Assembly: GCA_963662465.1 (NCBI GenBank)
Contig: OY759599.1
Coordinates: forward strand, 6,080,001 to 6,144,000
Origin: Desulfatiglandales bacterium
GTDB taxonomy: Bacteria; Desulfobacterota; DSM-4660; Desulfatiglandales; Desulfatiglandaceae
DNA: 64,000 nt
Reading direction: 5' to 3'
Positions 34,029 through 43,783 of the stretch are shown here, in pieces. The position numbers were made by a program, and so were the translations under genes. The notes beneath the pieces were generated by a model. That model had not been told where the DNA came from and did not search any database. It worked only from the letters and a program-made list of their open reading frames with translations. How positions within the stretch are numbered: the first letter of the stretch is position 1; the number at the start of each line of letters is the position of its first letter.

Positions 34029-34347
34029 AATTAAAAGCAGGCATTGGATCGTTGACGACCAGGATCGCATCATCATGGGAGAAGGGCGAAAAGAAATCCT
34101 GGAGACCATCGATAAAACGGGATCCATCAACAAAACCGCAAAGATGATGAAAATGAGCTACAAAGGGGTCTGGAGTAAAATCAAGGTGACGGAGCAATAT
34201 CTGGGTAAAAGCATTATTCATTCCGACCGTAGAGACGGCAGCCGGCTGACGACGGAAGGCAAGGTGCTGCTGGAAAAATATCGCCTTTTGAAAACACGTT
34301 GTTTAAAGGAAGACAACCGTTGTTTCAGCGATATTTTCGGCGGATAA
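34006..34347 (+). CDS. ModE-like winged-helix regulator (N-terminal domain only)
   Basis: MGEGR..IL.TI..TGSINKTAKMMKMSYK..W; in a Moco gene context. Confidence 0.85.
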   Translation: MENLESLKIKSRHWIVDDQDRIIMGEGRKEILETIDKTGSINKTAKMMKMSYKGVWSKIKVTEQYLGKSIIHSDRRDGSRLTTEGKVLLEKYRLLKTRCLKEDNRCFSDIFGG

Positions 34348-34374
34348 TCGTTGATTCCAGGGAGGAGAAAAAAC

Positions 34375-34896
34375 GTGAATGAAATGAACCCGCCCCCCAT
34401 TATTTCAGTGGTGGGCTTTTCGGGGTCGGGAAAAACAACGTTGATGGAGAAACTCATTAGCGAACTGACCCACCGTGGGTACCGGGTGGGCAGCATCAAG
34501 CATGATGTGCATGGGTTTGAAATGGACAAACCGGGAAAAGACAGTTGGCGGCACAAGCAGGCCGGCGCCTGCACCACGCTCATTTCATCCCCTTACCAGA
34601 TCGGTATGGTGATGGATGTCGATCATGACCACCATCCCGACGAACTCATAAAATTTTTCAATAACGTGAATGTTATTCTAACCGAAGGGTATAAACGACA
34701 ACGCCGGCCGAAAGTGGAAATTTTCAGATCTGAAGTTCATGATGAACCACTCTGTACCCATGACGATGATATCGTGGCCATTATGAGCGACATTCCGGTA
34801 AGTATCAAAGTGCCCAGATTTGCACTGGATGATACCAAATCCCTGGTTGACTTTCTGATAGAAAAATTCCATCTGGTTCACAATCCGCATTTATAA
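34375..34896 (+). CDS. mobB: Molybdopterin-guanine dinucleotide biosynthesis protein B
   Basis: VVGFSGSGKTTL, IKHDVH..MDKPGKDSWRH..AGA, EGYK. Confidence 0.92.
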   Translation: MNEMNPPPIISVVGFSGSGKTTLMEKLISELTHRGYRVGSIKHDVHGFEMDKPGKDSWRHKQAGACTTLISSPYQIGMVMDVDHDHHPDELIKFFNNVNVILTEGYKRQRRPKVEIFRSEVHDEPLCTHDDDIVAIMSDIPVSIKVPRFALDDTKSLVDFLIEKFHLVHNPHL

Positions 34897-34970
34897 AGAT
34901 TATACTTGAAACCTGATTCCAGGCGCTATAGAACTAAACATTCGTGAATTACGCGGGATTCACCCCCAGA

Positions 34971-35046
34971 CATGAAAATGACATCTACCGCTTTTAAGCT
35001 AACGGCTAATTGCTAATCGCTAACAGCTGCATTTTCATGGTAAAGC
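34971..35046 (-). repeat. 76-bp MITE/REP-like element, copy 2
   Basis: Inverted copy of 8075-8150 with 3 mismatches. Confidence 0.85.
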
Positions 35047-35111
35047 ATGACTTATTCGGGCGAAGCCTTGCAACGCATGGCGCCGCATTTACTGAATCAT
35101 GAGGAGAGCCA

Positions 35112-35918
35112 ATGACGAGTATCCCGATAGCCGGTCTCATTCCGGCAGGCATCAGCTTTGACGGCGCCTTCGGCGGCGACATCGTCCAGATGATCCTGCA
35201 AGCCGGACCCATGGTGAAATTTGTTCTGCTAATCCTTTTTTTGTCTTCAATCGGCACATGGGCAATCATTTTTCTGAAATTCAGGTTGCTCAGAAAAGCC
35301 AGAGATGAAACCGATGACTTTCTGGAACTTTTCTATGAATCCAGAGATATCAAAAAGATTTACCGATCGAGCCAGACGTTGACCCTCAGTCCCGTCGCGC
35401 GCCTTTTTAGCGCGGGGTATGGTGAATTTACCCGATTCAGGAAAATGCAGAACAATGACCCGTCCTCGGCATCACAGGATGGGCTTACCGGTCAACAGGA
35501 ATATCCCCTGCATACCCAGCAGACCCTTATGGACAATCTGGAAAGGTCTCTCCGGAAAGCGGAGATTGATCAGAATAAGCGGTTGGAAAAGGCTTTGGGA
35601 TTTCTGGCCACAACGGGAAACACCGCGCCCTTTATCGGTCTGTTTGGAACCGTTTGGGGGATCATGGAATCCTTTCGCGGCATCGGCTTGAAGGGCTCCG
35701 CAAACCTGGCCGTGGTGGCGCCGGGTATTTCGGAAGCCCTTATTGCCACCGCCGCCGGGCTGGCGGCAGCCATTCCCGCCGTGGTGGCTTTCAACTATTT
35801 CACCCAGCGCGTCAACTCCCTGCGCGCCGAAATGGATATTTTCGCCACTGATTTTTTGAGCATGGTGGTGAGGCAGTTTTTCAAAAAACCACCCGTAAAC
35901 AACAAGGTTGAGATCTGA
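35112..35918 (+). CDS. tolQ: Tol-Pal system protein TolQ
   Basis: LATTGNTAPFIGLFGTVWGIM, VAPGISEALIATAAGL..AIPA. Confidence 0.93.
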   Translation: MTSIPIAGLIPAGISFDGAFGGDIVQMILQAGPMVKFVLLILFLSSIGTWAIIFLKFRLLRKARDETDDFLELFYESRDIKKIYRSSQTLTLSPVARLFSAGYGEFTRFRKMQNNDPSSASQDGLTGQQEYPLHTQQTLMDNLERSLRKAEIDQNKRLEKALGFLATTGNTAPFIGLFGTVWGIMESFRGIGLKGSANLAVVAPGISEALIATAAGLAAAIPAVVAFNYFTQRVNSLRAEMDIFATDFLSMVVRQFFKKPPVNNKVEI

Positions 35919-35919
35919 T

Positions 35920-36330
35920 ATGGCGTTTAATTCCAACGGGAATAACAGACAATTGATGTCGGAGATCAATGTGACGCCCCTTGTGGATGTGATGCTGGTC
36001 CTGCTGATTATTTTCATGGTTGCCGCCCCCATGATGATACAGGGCGTAGACGTCAACCTTCCGAAGACAGAGGCCAAAAACATTAAAACCTCGGACGAAC
36101 CCCTTATGTTGACGATCAACCGGAAAAAGGAGATTTTTTTGGAAAACCATTCCATTCCGCTGGAAGGCCTTGCAATGAAGGTTCAAAAAATCTTTGAAAA
36201 CAGAAGGAATAAAGAGGTGTTGCTGCGGGCGGACCAGGATGTTCCCTATGGGTTTGTGATTAAGGTAATGGCCGGCGTGAAAAAGGCCGGGATAGAGAAA
36301 CTGGGAATGGTTACCGAACCTGTGGACTGA
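35920..36330 (+). CDS. tolR: Tol-Pal system protein TolR
   Basis: SEINVTPLVDVMLVLLIIFMV, LRAD..VPYG. Confidence 0.93.
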   Translation: MAFNSNGNNRQLMSEINVTPLVDVMLVLLIIFMVAAPMMIQGVDVNLPKTEAKNIKTSDEPLMLTINRKKEIFLENHSIPLEGLAMKVQKIFENRRNKEVLLRADQDVPYGFVIKVMAGVKKAGIEKLGMVTEPVD

Positions 36331-36335
36331 TTTCA

Positions 36336-37184
36336 ATGAAAGGCTTACAGGTGAAAACCAGGTTGGATCAATCAAGGGAACCCAGATGGCGCCGGGTGAT
36401 TATTTTATCCCTTGCCCTTCATCTAGTAGTTTTCGCACTGCTCCTGTTTTTTCCCGATCCCACGCCGACTCGGAAGATGAACGGCCCCACGGTTTACGAA
36501 GTGAACCTGGTAGCGCTACCCGCCGTGAAACCAAAATCAGCACCAAAGCCCACGGTGTCGGAAAGGGTCGAAAGAAAGGCATCCACTTCAGTATCAGCTG
36601 CGCCCGCCAAAAGGATCAGTCCACCCATCAGGGAAGAAAAACCTGTCATTATCGGAAAAAGGGTGGTTGAACGAAAAAAAAAGGCCCCCGAAAAATTGCC
36701 AAAACCCAAAAAAGCCCAAATCTCCCCATCCAAACTCATAGACCAGGCGGTCGCAAAAATTAAAAAAAATGTCAGGACCCAAAAGGATGATCGCCGCCTG
36801 GACCGGGCCATTTCCAAAATTCAAACCCGTTTAAATGAATCTGAAACCACCGGCTCAGAAGGAACACCGTTGGAAGGCATTGCCTTTCGCGTATACCAGA
36901 TGGAAGTGGAAGCACGGATTAAAAGCAATTGGCAATATCCGGTTGCCCTGATCAGTCCGGCAAAAAGAAAGGACCTTGCGGCAACGGTGGTCATCAAGGT
37001 CAGCCAGGACGGAACCATATTGAAATCGTGGTTTTTAGACCGGTCAAGCAATGTTGTCTTTGATGGCTCCGTCATGAAGGCGGTGGATCGATCAAATCCG
37101 CTTCCTCCCTTTCCCGAAGGGTACAAGAAAAGTCAAGACGAGATGGAAATCAGATTCAATCTAAGTGAACTGGAAGGAGATTAA
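36336..37184 (+). CDS. tolA: TolA/TonB-type energy transducer
   Basis: N-terminal TM with SLALH, Lys/Pro-rich linker and TonB_2-like C-terminus; lies between tolR and tolB. Confidence 0.8.
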   Translation: MKGLQVKTRLDQSREPRWRRVIILSLALHLVVFALLLFFPDPTPTRKMNGPTVYEVNLVALPAVKPKSAPKPTVSERVERKASTSVSAAPAKRISPPIREEKPVIIGKRVVERKKKAPEKLPKPKKAQISPSKLIDQAVAKIKKNVRTQKDDRRLDRAISKIQTRLNESETTGSEGTPLEGIAFRVYQMEVEARIKSNWQYPVALISPAKRKDLAATVVIKVSQDGTILKSWFLDRSSNVVFDGSVMKAVDRSNPLPPFPEGYKKSQDEMEIRFNLSELEGD

Positions 37185-38495
37185 ATGAGAAAGGGACGCT
37201 TCCTTTTTGGCTGGCTATTTGCGTGTACACTGCTTTTTTGTTGTTTAGAGGGCATCACCTTCGGCCGTATCTATATCGACGTTAATTCTCCTTCAGTACC
37301 GAAGTTTAATATCGCCATCCCGGATTTCAAAAGTCTGGGTGGGGACGCCAAACACCCGGGCTTGTCGGTCGAGCTGGCCGGTGTTGTCAGCAATGATCTT
37401 GATTTAAGCGGCTATTTCAACCCCCTGGATAAGGCGGCCTTTCTGGAGGGAAAAGACGGTCCCATCAAAGGAAAGGATATCAATTTTAAAGACTGGTCCG
37501 TTATCGGCGCGGAACTCCTTTTGAAAGGCGGATACACCTGTATCAATAATCGCCTGGAGGTTGAAATCAGGCTTTTTGACGTATTCTGGGGTCGCCAGAT
37601 TCTGGGCAAGAGGGCACTGGGAAAGGTTGGCGAATACCGACATCTGATGCATCGGCTCTCAAATGAAATCATTCTCAAACTGACCGGACACGAAGGCATC
37701 TTCTTGACCCGACTGGCCTTTGTGGGAACTGCTACGGGAGAAAGGGAAATCTATGCCTGCGATTACGACGGACACAATGTCAGGCCCTTGACCCGGGACA
37801 AGAGCATCGCCATCCTGCCCAGATGGTCTCCCGACGGAAAAAAAATTGCCTATAATTCCTACAAAAACGGGGGACCCATGCTCTACCTGAGGGATTTGGT
37901 TTCCGGCGATCTCAGGCGCTTGTCCGGTCGGTCGGGATTGAATATCGGGGCGTGCTGGTCCCCGGACGGCAAGGAATTGGCGTTGACCATGAGCCATAAG
38001 GGAAATCCGGATATCTATACCATCAATCTACAGGGAAAGATACTGAACCAGCTTGTGGAACACTGGGGGATTGATGTGTCGCCGGCCTTTTCCCCTGACG
38101 GCAGCAAAATTGCGTTTGTATCCAACCGGTCCGGTTCTCCACAAATTTATCTGCTGGATATTGCTGCGGGAAGAGTGGACAGACTCACCTATGAGGGCAA
38201 ATACAACACGTCCCCTGCCTGGTCCAAACTGAACCGGATCGCCTTTGTCGGCATGACCAACGGAAACTTTGATGTCTTCACCATGGACCCTGACGGCAGC
38301 GGAATCAAAAGAATTACCGCCGATGCGGGCAATAACGAGGACCCCTGCTGGTCCCCGGACGGCAGGTATATCGCTTTCAGCTCCAACAGAACAGGCGAGT
38401 ACCACATCTACATCATGAATGCCAATGGACAGACCCAGAGACGCGTGACCTTTGAAAAAGGAAAACAGACCTCCCCCTCCTGGGGACCTGAGTAA
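37185..38495 (+). CDS. tolB: Tol-Pal beta-propeller protein TolB
   Basis: IAIPDF, DLDLSG and repeated P.WSPDG motifs. Confidence 0.94.
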   Translation: MRKGRFLFGWLFACTLLFCCLEGITFGRIYIDVNSPSVPKFNIAIPDFKSLGGDAKHPGLSVELAGVVSNDLDLSGYFNPLDKAAFLEGKDGPIKGKDINFKDWSVIGAELLLKGGYTCINNRLEVEIRLFDVFWGRQILGKRALGKVGEYRHLMHRLSNEIILKLTGHEGIFLTRLAFVGTATGEREIYACDYDGHNVRPLTRDKSIAILPRWSPDGKKIAYNSYKNGGPMLYLRDLVSGDLRRLSGRSGLNIGACWSPDGKELALTMSHKGNPDIYTINLQGKILNQLVEHWGIDVSPAFSPDGSKIAFVSNRSGSPQIYLLDIAAGRVDRLTYEGKYNTSPAWSKLNRIAFVGMTNGNFDVFTMDPDGSGIKRITADAGNNEDPCWSPDGRYIAFSSNRTGEYHIYIMNANGQTQRRVTFEKGKQTSPSWGPE

Positions 38496-38539
38496 TCGTT
38501 CAGGGGTCAACACCTGGTGGTTGTTGGGCAGGTTGTTTC

Positions 38540-38743
38540 TTATGGGTAAAGAACTCCCCTCCGCCATAATGCTTTACACAGCCAGGAGTATCTGAACGTA
38601 TCTTTTTTTTGGGATGTAGTGGGTACAAACAAGTAGTCGTCATTCTTGAGTGGTGTATTCAACAGCACTACCAACTTGTCAAAAACACTCCCATTGTGGA
38701 ATTTGAAAGCAGATTTGTAATAAATAGCCCCACGGATATTCAT
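38540..38743 (-). pseudogene. Fragment of a hypothetical protein (possibly PemK-like toxin fold)
   Basis: DKLVVLLN...YLFVPTTSQ followed by an apparent frameshift; AT-rich. Confidence 0.35.
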
Positions 38744-38782
38744 TGGTGAACTCCGGGGGATCCGGTTTTTTTGTGGGAGAAC

Positions 38783-39025
38783 CTACAGGAGTTTAACCAG
38801 GGTGGCAACAATAGCAGCCTGAGCAACCAGCATACCGGCAACCCATTTGATGATTTCAACTTTCGCTTTGGATATTTCAGCCTGGAGATCCGATTTTGTC
38901 GCCAGATCAGATATCAACAGATCTTTCATGGCTTCAGCCTGAATTTCAGCCTGTAGATCCGTAAAACCAGCGGATTTTAACTTTTTAGCATAAGAAAGCG
39001 TATCGAACGTAATGGTGGCGCCCAT
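38783..39025 (-). CDS. DUF1640/CCDC90-like small coiled-coil membrane protein
   Basis: FDTLSYAKKLKSAGF...QAE...LATKSDL...IIKWVAGML. Confidence 0.8.
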   Translation of the reverse strand: MGATITFDTLSYAKKLKSAGFTDLQAEIQAEAMKDLLISDLATKSDLQAEISKAKVEIIKWVAGMLVAQAAIVATLVKLL

Positions 39026-40098
39026 GATGAACCCCTTTCTTGAAACGGATATGACAAATGCTACCATGGGGAAAAGTCAGGGACAACTTTTATTTGCGGG
39101 GGGAGGTGGACGTTTGATAGACTATGGGCGGAGTATAAAGCCCAAAAAACCGTTTATAAAGGCAAGGGTCCAGACCAAAACCGTTATGACAACTATCTCC
39201 AAAAGCCTTTTGGTGGTAAGGAACCCCATGAGATTTTACCGCTTGATGTGGACCGGGTGCGGATGAAGATGTTGAAAGCCGGGAAAAGCCCTCAAACCGT
39301 CAAGTTGACGCTGGCGCTATTGCGGCGGCTTTCCAATTTTGGGATGAAAAAAAGGCTTTGTGATGGGCTTCCCTTCACAATCGAATTGCCACAGGTGAAC
39401 AACATCAAAACCGAGGATGTGTCTCCGGATGAACTGGACGCCCTTCTAAAAGCCATGGATGAAGACGATAACATTCAGGCTGCAAATATTATGCGGATGG
39501 TGCTTTATACCGGCATGAGACGCACAGAACTCTTTAAGCTGAAATGGACGGACATTGACGAAACAAAGGGTTTTATAACGATCAGGAACCCCAAAGGCGG
39601 GCTTGATCAGACCATCCCTTTAAATGATGCGGCAAGGAATCTATTGAAAAAGCATCCCTCCACGGGGAGTGAGTATGTGTTCCCTGGGCGCGGTGGAAAT
39701 CAACGGGTGGATATCCATCATCAAGTCAACCGTATCCGGGACTGGGCAGGGTTGCCCAAAGACTTCCGGGCGCTTCATGGATTGCGCCATGTATTCGCCT
39801 CCATGCTTGCATCTTCCGGAAAAGTTGATCTTTACACCTTGGGCGCTAACCAAAATGGAACCAGTTTTGCTACTCCAAACGGAACCAGATATTGCGCACT
39901 GGTCTTTTCCTTTTAGAAGGGTTTTCTTGTAAATTTGTTAGAGGTTGCATGAAAGAGTATATCAGATGGTATTTTAAAAATGCTGGTGAGACACGTAGCG
40001 TTCTGGTTGAAGAATCAGTGATGAGGATACCATCAATATGGTGATGGCAGAGAAGAGGGGATTAGATTTTTCGGTTAAGGGCAATGCTTATTGAGGAA

Positions 40099-40296
40099 CT
40101 ATTTGTCTATGTCATAGTCGTCCGGTAAATTCAGGAGGCCTCCCTTCGCCAATTGATCCTCAATCAAATATCCAATTTCCCCGTTTTTTTTCAGCTGTAG
40201 AATCATCCATTTGGGGAGACGAATGGTGAGCAGTTCACGTCTCAAATGTTCCGGTTTCTTTCTTCGGCCGGCGCCTACCCGTTTTCCACCTCTCAT
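40099..40296 (-). CDS. Small putative DNA-binding protein (RHH-like)
   Basis: MRGGKRVGAGR basic arm followed by LLTIRLPKWMILQL strand-helix pattern. Confidence 0.55.
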   Translation of the reverse strand: MRGGKRVGAGRRKKPEHLRRELLTIRLPKWMILQLKKNGEIGYLIEDQLAKGGLLNLPDDYDIDK

Positions 40297-40394
40297 TTCA
40301 AGCTCCAAGACAAGGTAATTTCTGATATTCGTGTAACGAGATTCAAACAGACCGGTGATATTCAGACCTCAAAACCGGCCCTTTGGCGAACATC

Positions 40395-41114
40395 TCATTT
40401 TCTGAGGGAAGGACCATCAATATGAATGTTGATGCAGCGATGGTTGAGACGATCCAGCAAGGCATCGACCATGTCCTTTGGTTCAAGCAGCGAATACCAT
40501 TGTTCAGGTTGAAGATTGGTCGTAATAATTGTGGACCGACCGGCTTCATAGCGATCTTTCATGAGTTTAAAAAAGGCGTTCATCTGCTCTTTTTTGAGGG
40601 TCAGGTATCCCAGTTCATCGAGCAGAAGCAGGTCATATCTGCAAAGGGCATTGAGGAGTTTCGGGGTGGACCGATCTGCCAAAGACGCATAGAGCTGATC
40701 CAGCAAATCCTGAACATTATAAAAACGCCCCCGGTACCCGGCAATAATGGCTTGACGAAGGATCCCCACGGCCAATCCCGTTTTGCCGACGCCGGTTTTT
40801 CCATGGAACACGATGTTTTCTCTTCGGCTGATAAAGTCAAGGCCGGACAACGTCATGATCCGGCTCTTCTGTATTCCCGGCTGAAGATCAAACGGAAAGG
40901 AGTTGAGGGTCCATTCCCATGGAAGCTTTGCAATCTGGACCCGATAGATCATGCTGCGCTCCTGCCGGAAACGTAATTCCTCAGCCAGGAGATTGTAGAT
41001 GACCTCGTGAATGGAAAAACCGTTCTTTTCAGCCGAAGCCAACTGTTCTTCGAGAGCCTTCAGCATGCCTTTAAACTTCAAATCAATGAGTAACTGTTCA
41101 ATTTTCTTTTTCAT
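40395..41114 (-). CDS. istB: IS21-family AAA+ helper ATPase IstB
   Basis: GKTGVGKT, LLLLDELGY, RYE..STIITTN, ALLDRL.H. Confidence 0.95.
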   Translation of the reverse strand: MKKKIEQLLIDLKFKGMLKALEEQLASAEKNGFSIHEVIYNLLAEELRFRQERSMIYRVQIAKLPWEWTLNSFPFDLQPGIQKSRIMTLSGLDFISRRENIVFHGKTGVGKTGLAVGILRQAIIAGYRGRFYNVQDLLDQLYASLADRSTPKLLNALCRYDLLLLDELGYLTLKKEQMNAFFKLMKDRYEAGRSTIITTNLQPEQWYSLLEPKDMVDALLDRLNHRCINIHIDGPSLRK

Positions 41115-42493
41115 AGATCAAAAAAGTCTCCCGCGATATAATCGAGAATAATGTTTTCCAGACGCGACAAATCAAAAAGTCCATATTTAAGCGCCTGTGT
41201 TATGGCTTTCAAAAAAGGTTCCCCGGGATAAGTGCGTTTCAGATGAAGCAACCGACGTAACTTGACCACACCGCGACCGTGACTTCTTTTCTTCAGTTCA
41301 GCCACATACTCATCCAGGATGGCATCCTCTCCCGTCAACAGCTGTTCTTCTTTTGAAGGGATTCGGGGATCTTTTTTTCTTCGAATGGGAACATGGTGAC
41401 CGGGCAGGGTTGTTCGGGTGTTGCGTTTATCCAGTATGCGGTCATGTTCCGCCACTTTTGTGTTTTTGTCGTAAACGATGACCTTGAGCCAATGTTTCTG
41501 TACTTCCAGGGAGTTCCCAATCAGCGCTTCAGGGACTGAATAGCGGTTGGTGTCCAAGTGCACATATCCCTGAACATCGGCTACCCTGTGTTCTGCCACA
41601 TAGACTGGCGGCTGGTATGCCGGTAAATCAATGAGATATGGCTTTTCAATGACATAGGCCTCATCCGGCGTCATCCCTAAAGCCCGTTTAAACTTTTTAT
41701 CGCTTGTATTCCGGCACCAGTCGATTGCCTGCCGGTTCAAATCCTGCCAGCTAACAAATGTTCTACCGGGAAGAAAATTGTTTTCCACAAAATGAAAAGG
41801 CCTTTCCACACGGGCACTTCGATTGGCGTCTCCTACAGCATGGGCCTCAAACCGGGTTCCATACATATCGCCGAAGTATTTCATTTCAGGCGCAATCAAT
41901 GCATCAGGCCCGGTGCCGCCGGCCACAATAACATTGGTGTTGTCAACCATGCACCGGGAACACACCCCGTCCATAAACTCGAATGCTTTTTTTAGGAAAA
42001 CCTTGCACTCAAACCGGGTAAAACAGGGGTAATACTGAATAAAAATCCTTCGGCAAAAGGCCAGGGTCAGGGACGCGCACTGGGTCGACATTTTTTTCCC
42101 ATTAATGACAACCAGATGGGGTGACGTATCATGCTGCATCTCCTGACCGGGTTTAAAATGGTATTGGCCCGCCCGTCTTTTTTTACGTTCCCGGATCTCG
42201 TACTTTCTCATAATCCAGGTCAGACTCTGATAAGGGATTTTGATCTGTTGGCGGCTTTCCAGTTCCTCGGCTACTCGCACGGCATTTCCTTTACATTCCT
42301 TGAAAAGCTCGCGGATCAACGGGACATGTTCTTCATACCGGGAGTTCCTTTGGGGTACCGCCTCTTCGTCATGATCATCTAAAACCTTCGTGACGGTATT
42401 GCGACCGGCCTTCAGGGTTTTGGCGATGTCGCGCAAACTCATGCCGGTTTTTTTCAATTCCACAATGGCATCTTTTTTGGATTGTCGGATCAT
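41111..42493 (-). CDS. istA: IS21-family DDE transposase IstA
   Basis: N-terminal HTH, PGQEMQHD, VDN, RVERPF and Mu-like C-terminal domain (NRYSVP). Confidence 0.92.
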   Translation of the reverse strand: MIRQSKKDAIVELKKTGMSLRDIAKTLKAGRNTVTKVLDDHDEEAVPQRNSRYEEHVPLIRELFKECKGNAVRVAEELESRQQIKIPYQSLTWIMRKYEIRERKKRRAGQYHFKPGQEMQHDTSPHLVVINGKKMSTQCASLTLAFCRRIFIQYYPCFTRFECKVFLKKAFEFMDGVCSRCMVDNTNVIVAGGTGPDALIAPEMKYFGDMYGTRFEAHAVGDANRSARVERPFHFVENNFLPGRTFVSWQDLNRQAIDWCRNTSDKKFKRALGMTPDEAYVIEKPYLIDLPAYQPPVYVAEHRVADVQGYVHLDTNRYSVPEALIGNSLEVQKHWLKVIVYDKNTKVAEHDRILDKRNTRTTLPGHHVPIRRKKDPRIPSKEEQLLTGEDAILDEYVAELKKRSHGRGVVKLRRLLHLKRTYPGEPFLKAITQALKYGLFDLSRLENIILDYIAGDFFDL

Positions 42494-43374
42494 AATTGGG
42501 TCGCTTTCTTGAGTTCCAGTGCTTGTTTTTCTATCTTTTTCACCCAGGTTTTGAGCGTTTCTTTCTTCAACTGATCGCTTTTTGGGTAATGGACATGCGA
42601 AACGGTTTTCACCAGACGTTTGAGAACCGCATATGCCATTTCAATATCCTTGAACCATTTGCCTTCCGGTCCATCATGAACTTCTTTGGCTTGTTTAGAC
42701 TGGGTTCTTTGTTCGAGAACTTTTATGAAAAGGGATGGATTTTCCAGCATGTGGTCTCGAACAGACCGGTTGCTTTTTTGGTAATGTGCGTAGAAACGGG
42801 CCAGTTCCCTTGTGGATAGAGGTTCTTTTTCCAGGTGGGCCAACAGTTTTTGTGCGTCTTCACCGTTGGCGCGCGCCAACGGCGCCATGACACGGCTGGC
42901 AGCCCAGGTTGAAAGTGAGCCTGCAATCACGGTTCTCAAAATATTTTCCGGCAGGGCTTCAACCAGGTCCAGCCGCCGTTTTACAAAACTCTTGTCGCGC
43001 CCTATTCGGGTTGCAATATGGGAGAGGCTGCACCCAAAACGCCGATGTAATTCCTGAAGTAAAACAGACTGCTCAATGACTTCCCATTGCCGTTCATTGG
43101 CCTTGGTTAAAAGCGAAAACATGGCATTTTGTTCGTTTTCTTTTGAGAATTGGACACATATCCGGTCCTTTCCACAAGCACAAAGCGCTCGAACACGCAG
43201 GTAGCCATCAATCAGAATCAGTTTGTCTTTTTCTTCAATAGCCAGGGCCGGAACGATCTGCCCGTAAGTTTCGATGGAATCCCTCAATCGCTTTAAAGCC
43301 TGGTGATTCATTATCCGGCAATGAGCGTAACGCAACTCCAGCAAATGAATATCAACGGTTCGGATGGATTCCAT
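42490..43374 (-). CDS. ParB/Spo0J-like protein (ParB N-terminal domain + HTH)
   Basis: SIETYGQIVP...LIDGYLRVRA (GxxRxxA box) and SLSHIATRIGRDKSFVKRRL HTH; its stop overlaps the istA start. Confidence 0.88.
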   Translation of the reverse strand: MESIRTVDIHLLELRYAHCRIMNHQALKRLRDSIETYGQIVPALAIEEKDKLILIDGYLRVRALCACGKDRICVQFSKENEQNAMFSLLTKANERQWEVIEQSVLLQELHRRFGCSLSHIATRIGRDKSFVKRRLDLVEALPENILRTVIAGSLSTWAASRVMAPLARANGEDAQKLLAHLEKEPLSTRELARFYAHYQKSNRSVRDHMLENPSLFIKVLEQRTQSKQAKEVHDGPEGKWFKDIEMAYAVLKRLVKTVSHVHYPKSDQLKKETLKTWVKKIEKQALELKKATQL

Positions 43375-43771
43375 ACCCAGTCTCCCGAAAGATTTCCTCT
43401 ATGGTTTCTCCAAGACTGACCCAATTTCCTTGCCGGATCTCCTTTACCTGTTTCACAATCACAGGACGTCTGGGAAGCGAAAGAACCTGAAACAGACGGC
43501 CATCAAACCCAATCAGATCCTTGTCCAACAAGCCATCGCGGGCATCGATATATTGATCCAAATGCACCTTTAAAATCCGGCAGATTCTGTCGTAACCATA
43601 ATAAGAGAGCCCGTTTTTGTCAGATACCAACACCAGAAAAATGTAGAGCAGCAGCTCATGATGATTCAGGCTCTCCCAAAAGCCGTTTCTCAAAAAACGA
43701 TGCTCCAGAAAGCCGAAGCTTCCATTGATGACACGCACTCTTTCGGGAAAAAGGACTCTTTTTTTGATCAT
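43352..43771 (-). CDS. Winged-helix-like hypothetical protein
   Basis: ELLLYIFLVLVSDKNGLSYY....IC..L......AR..L...LI, a pattern resembling replication-initiator-type wHTH domains. Confidence 0.7.
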   Translation of the reverse strand: MIKKRVLFPERVRVINGSFGFLEHRFLRNGFWESLNHHELLLYIFLVLVSDKNGLSYYGYDRICRILKVHLDQYIDARDGLLDKDLIGFDGRLFQVLSLPRRPVIVKQVKEIRQGNWVSLGETIEEIFRETGYGIHPNR

Positions 43772-43783
43772 TTTTTTCTCCTG

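Noticed and set aside
38512..38522. Second att site (duplicate of the tRNA-Arg 3' end)
   Set aside because: Only TGGTGG (6 bp) matches, which is too short to distinguish from chance.
40383..40976. 197-aa + strand ORF inside the transposon (and 43786-44505)
   Set aside because: They are antisense to istB and to the Zn-finger gene, with no motifs of their own.
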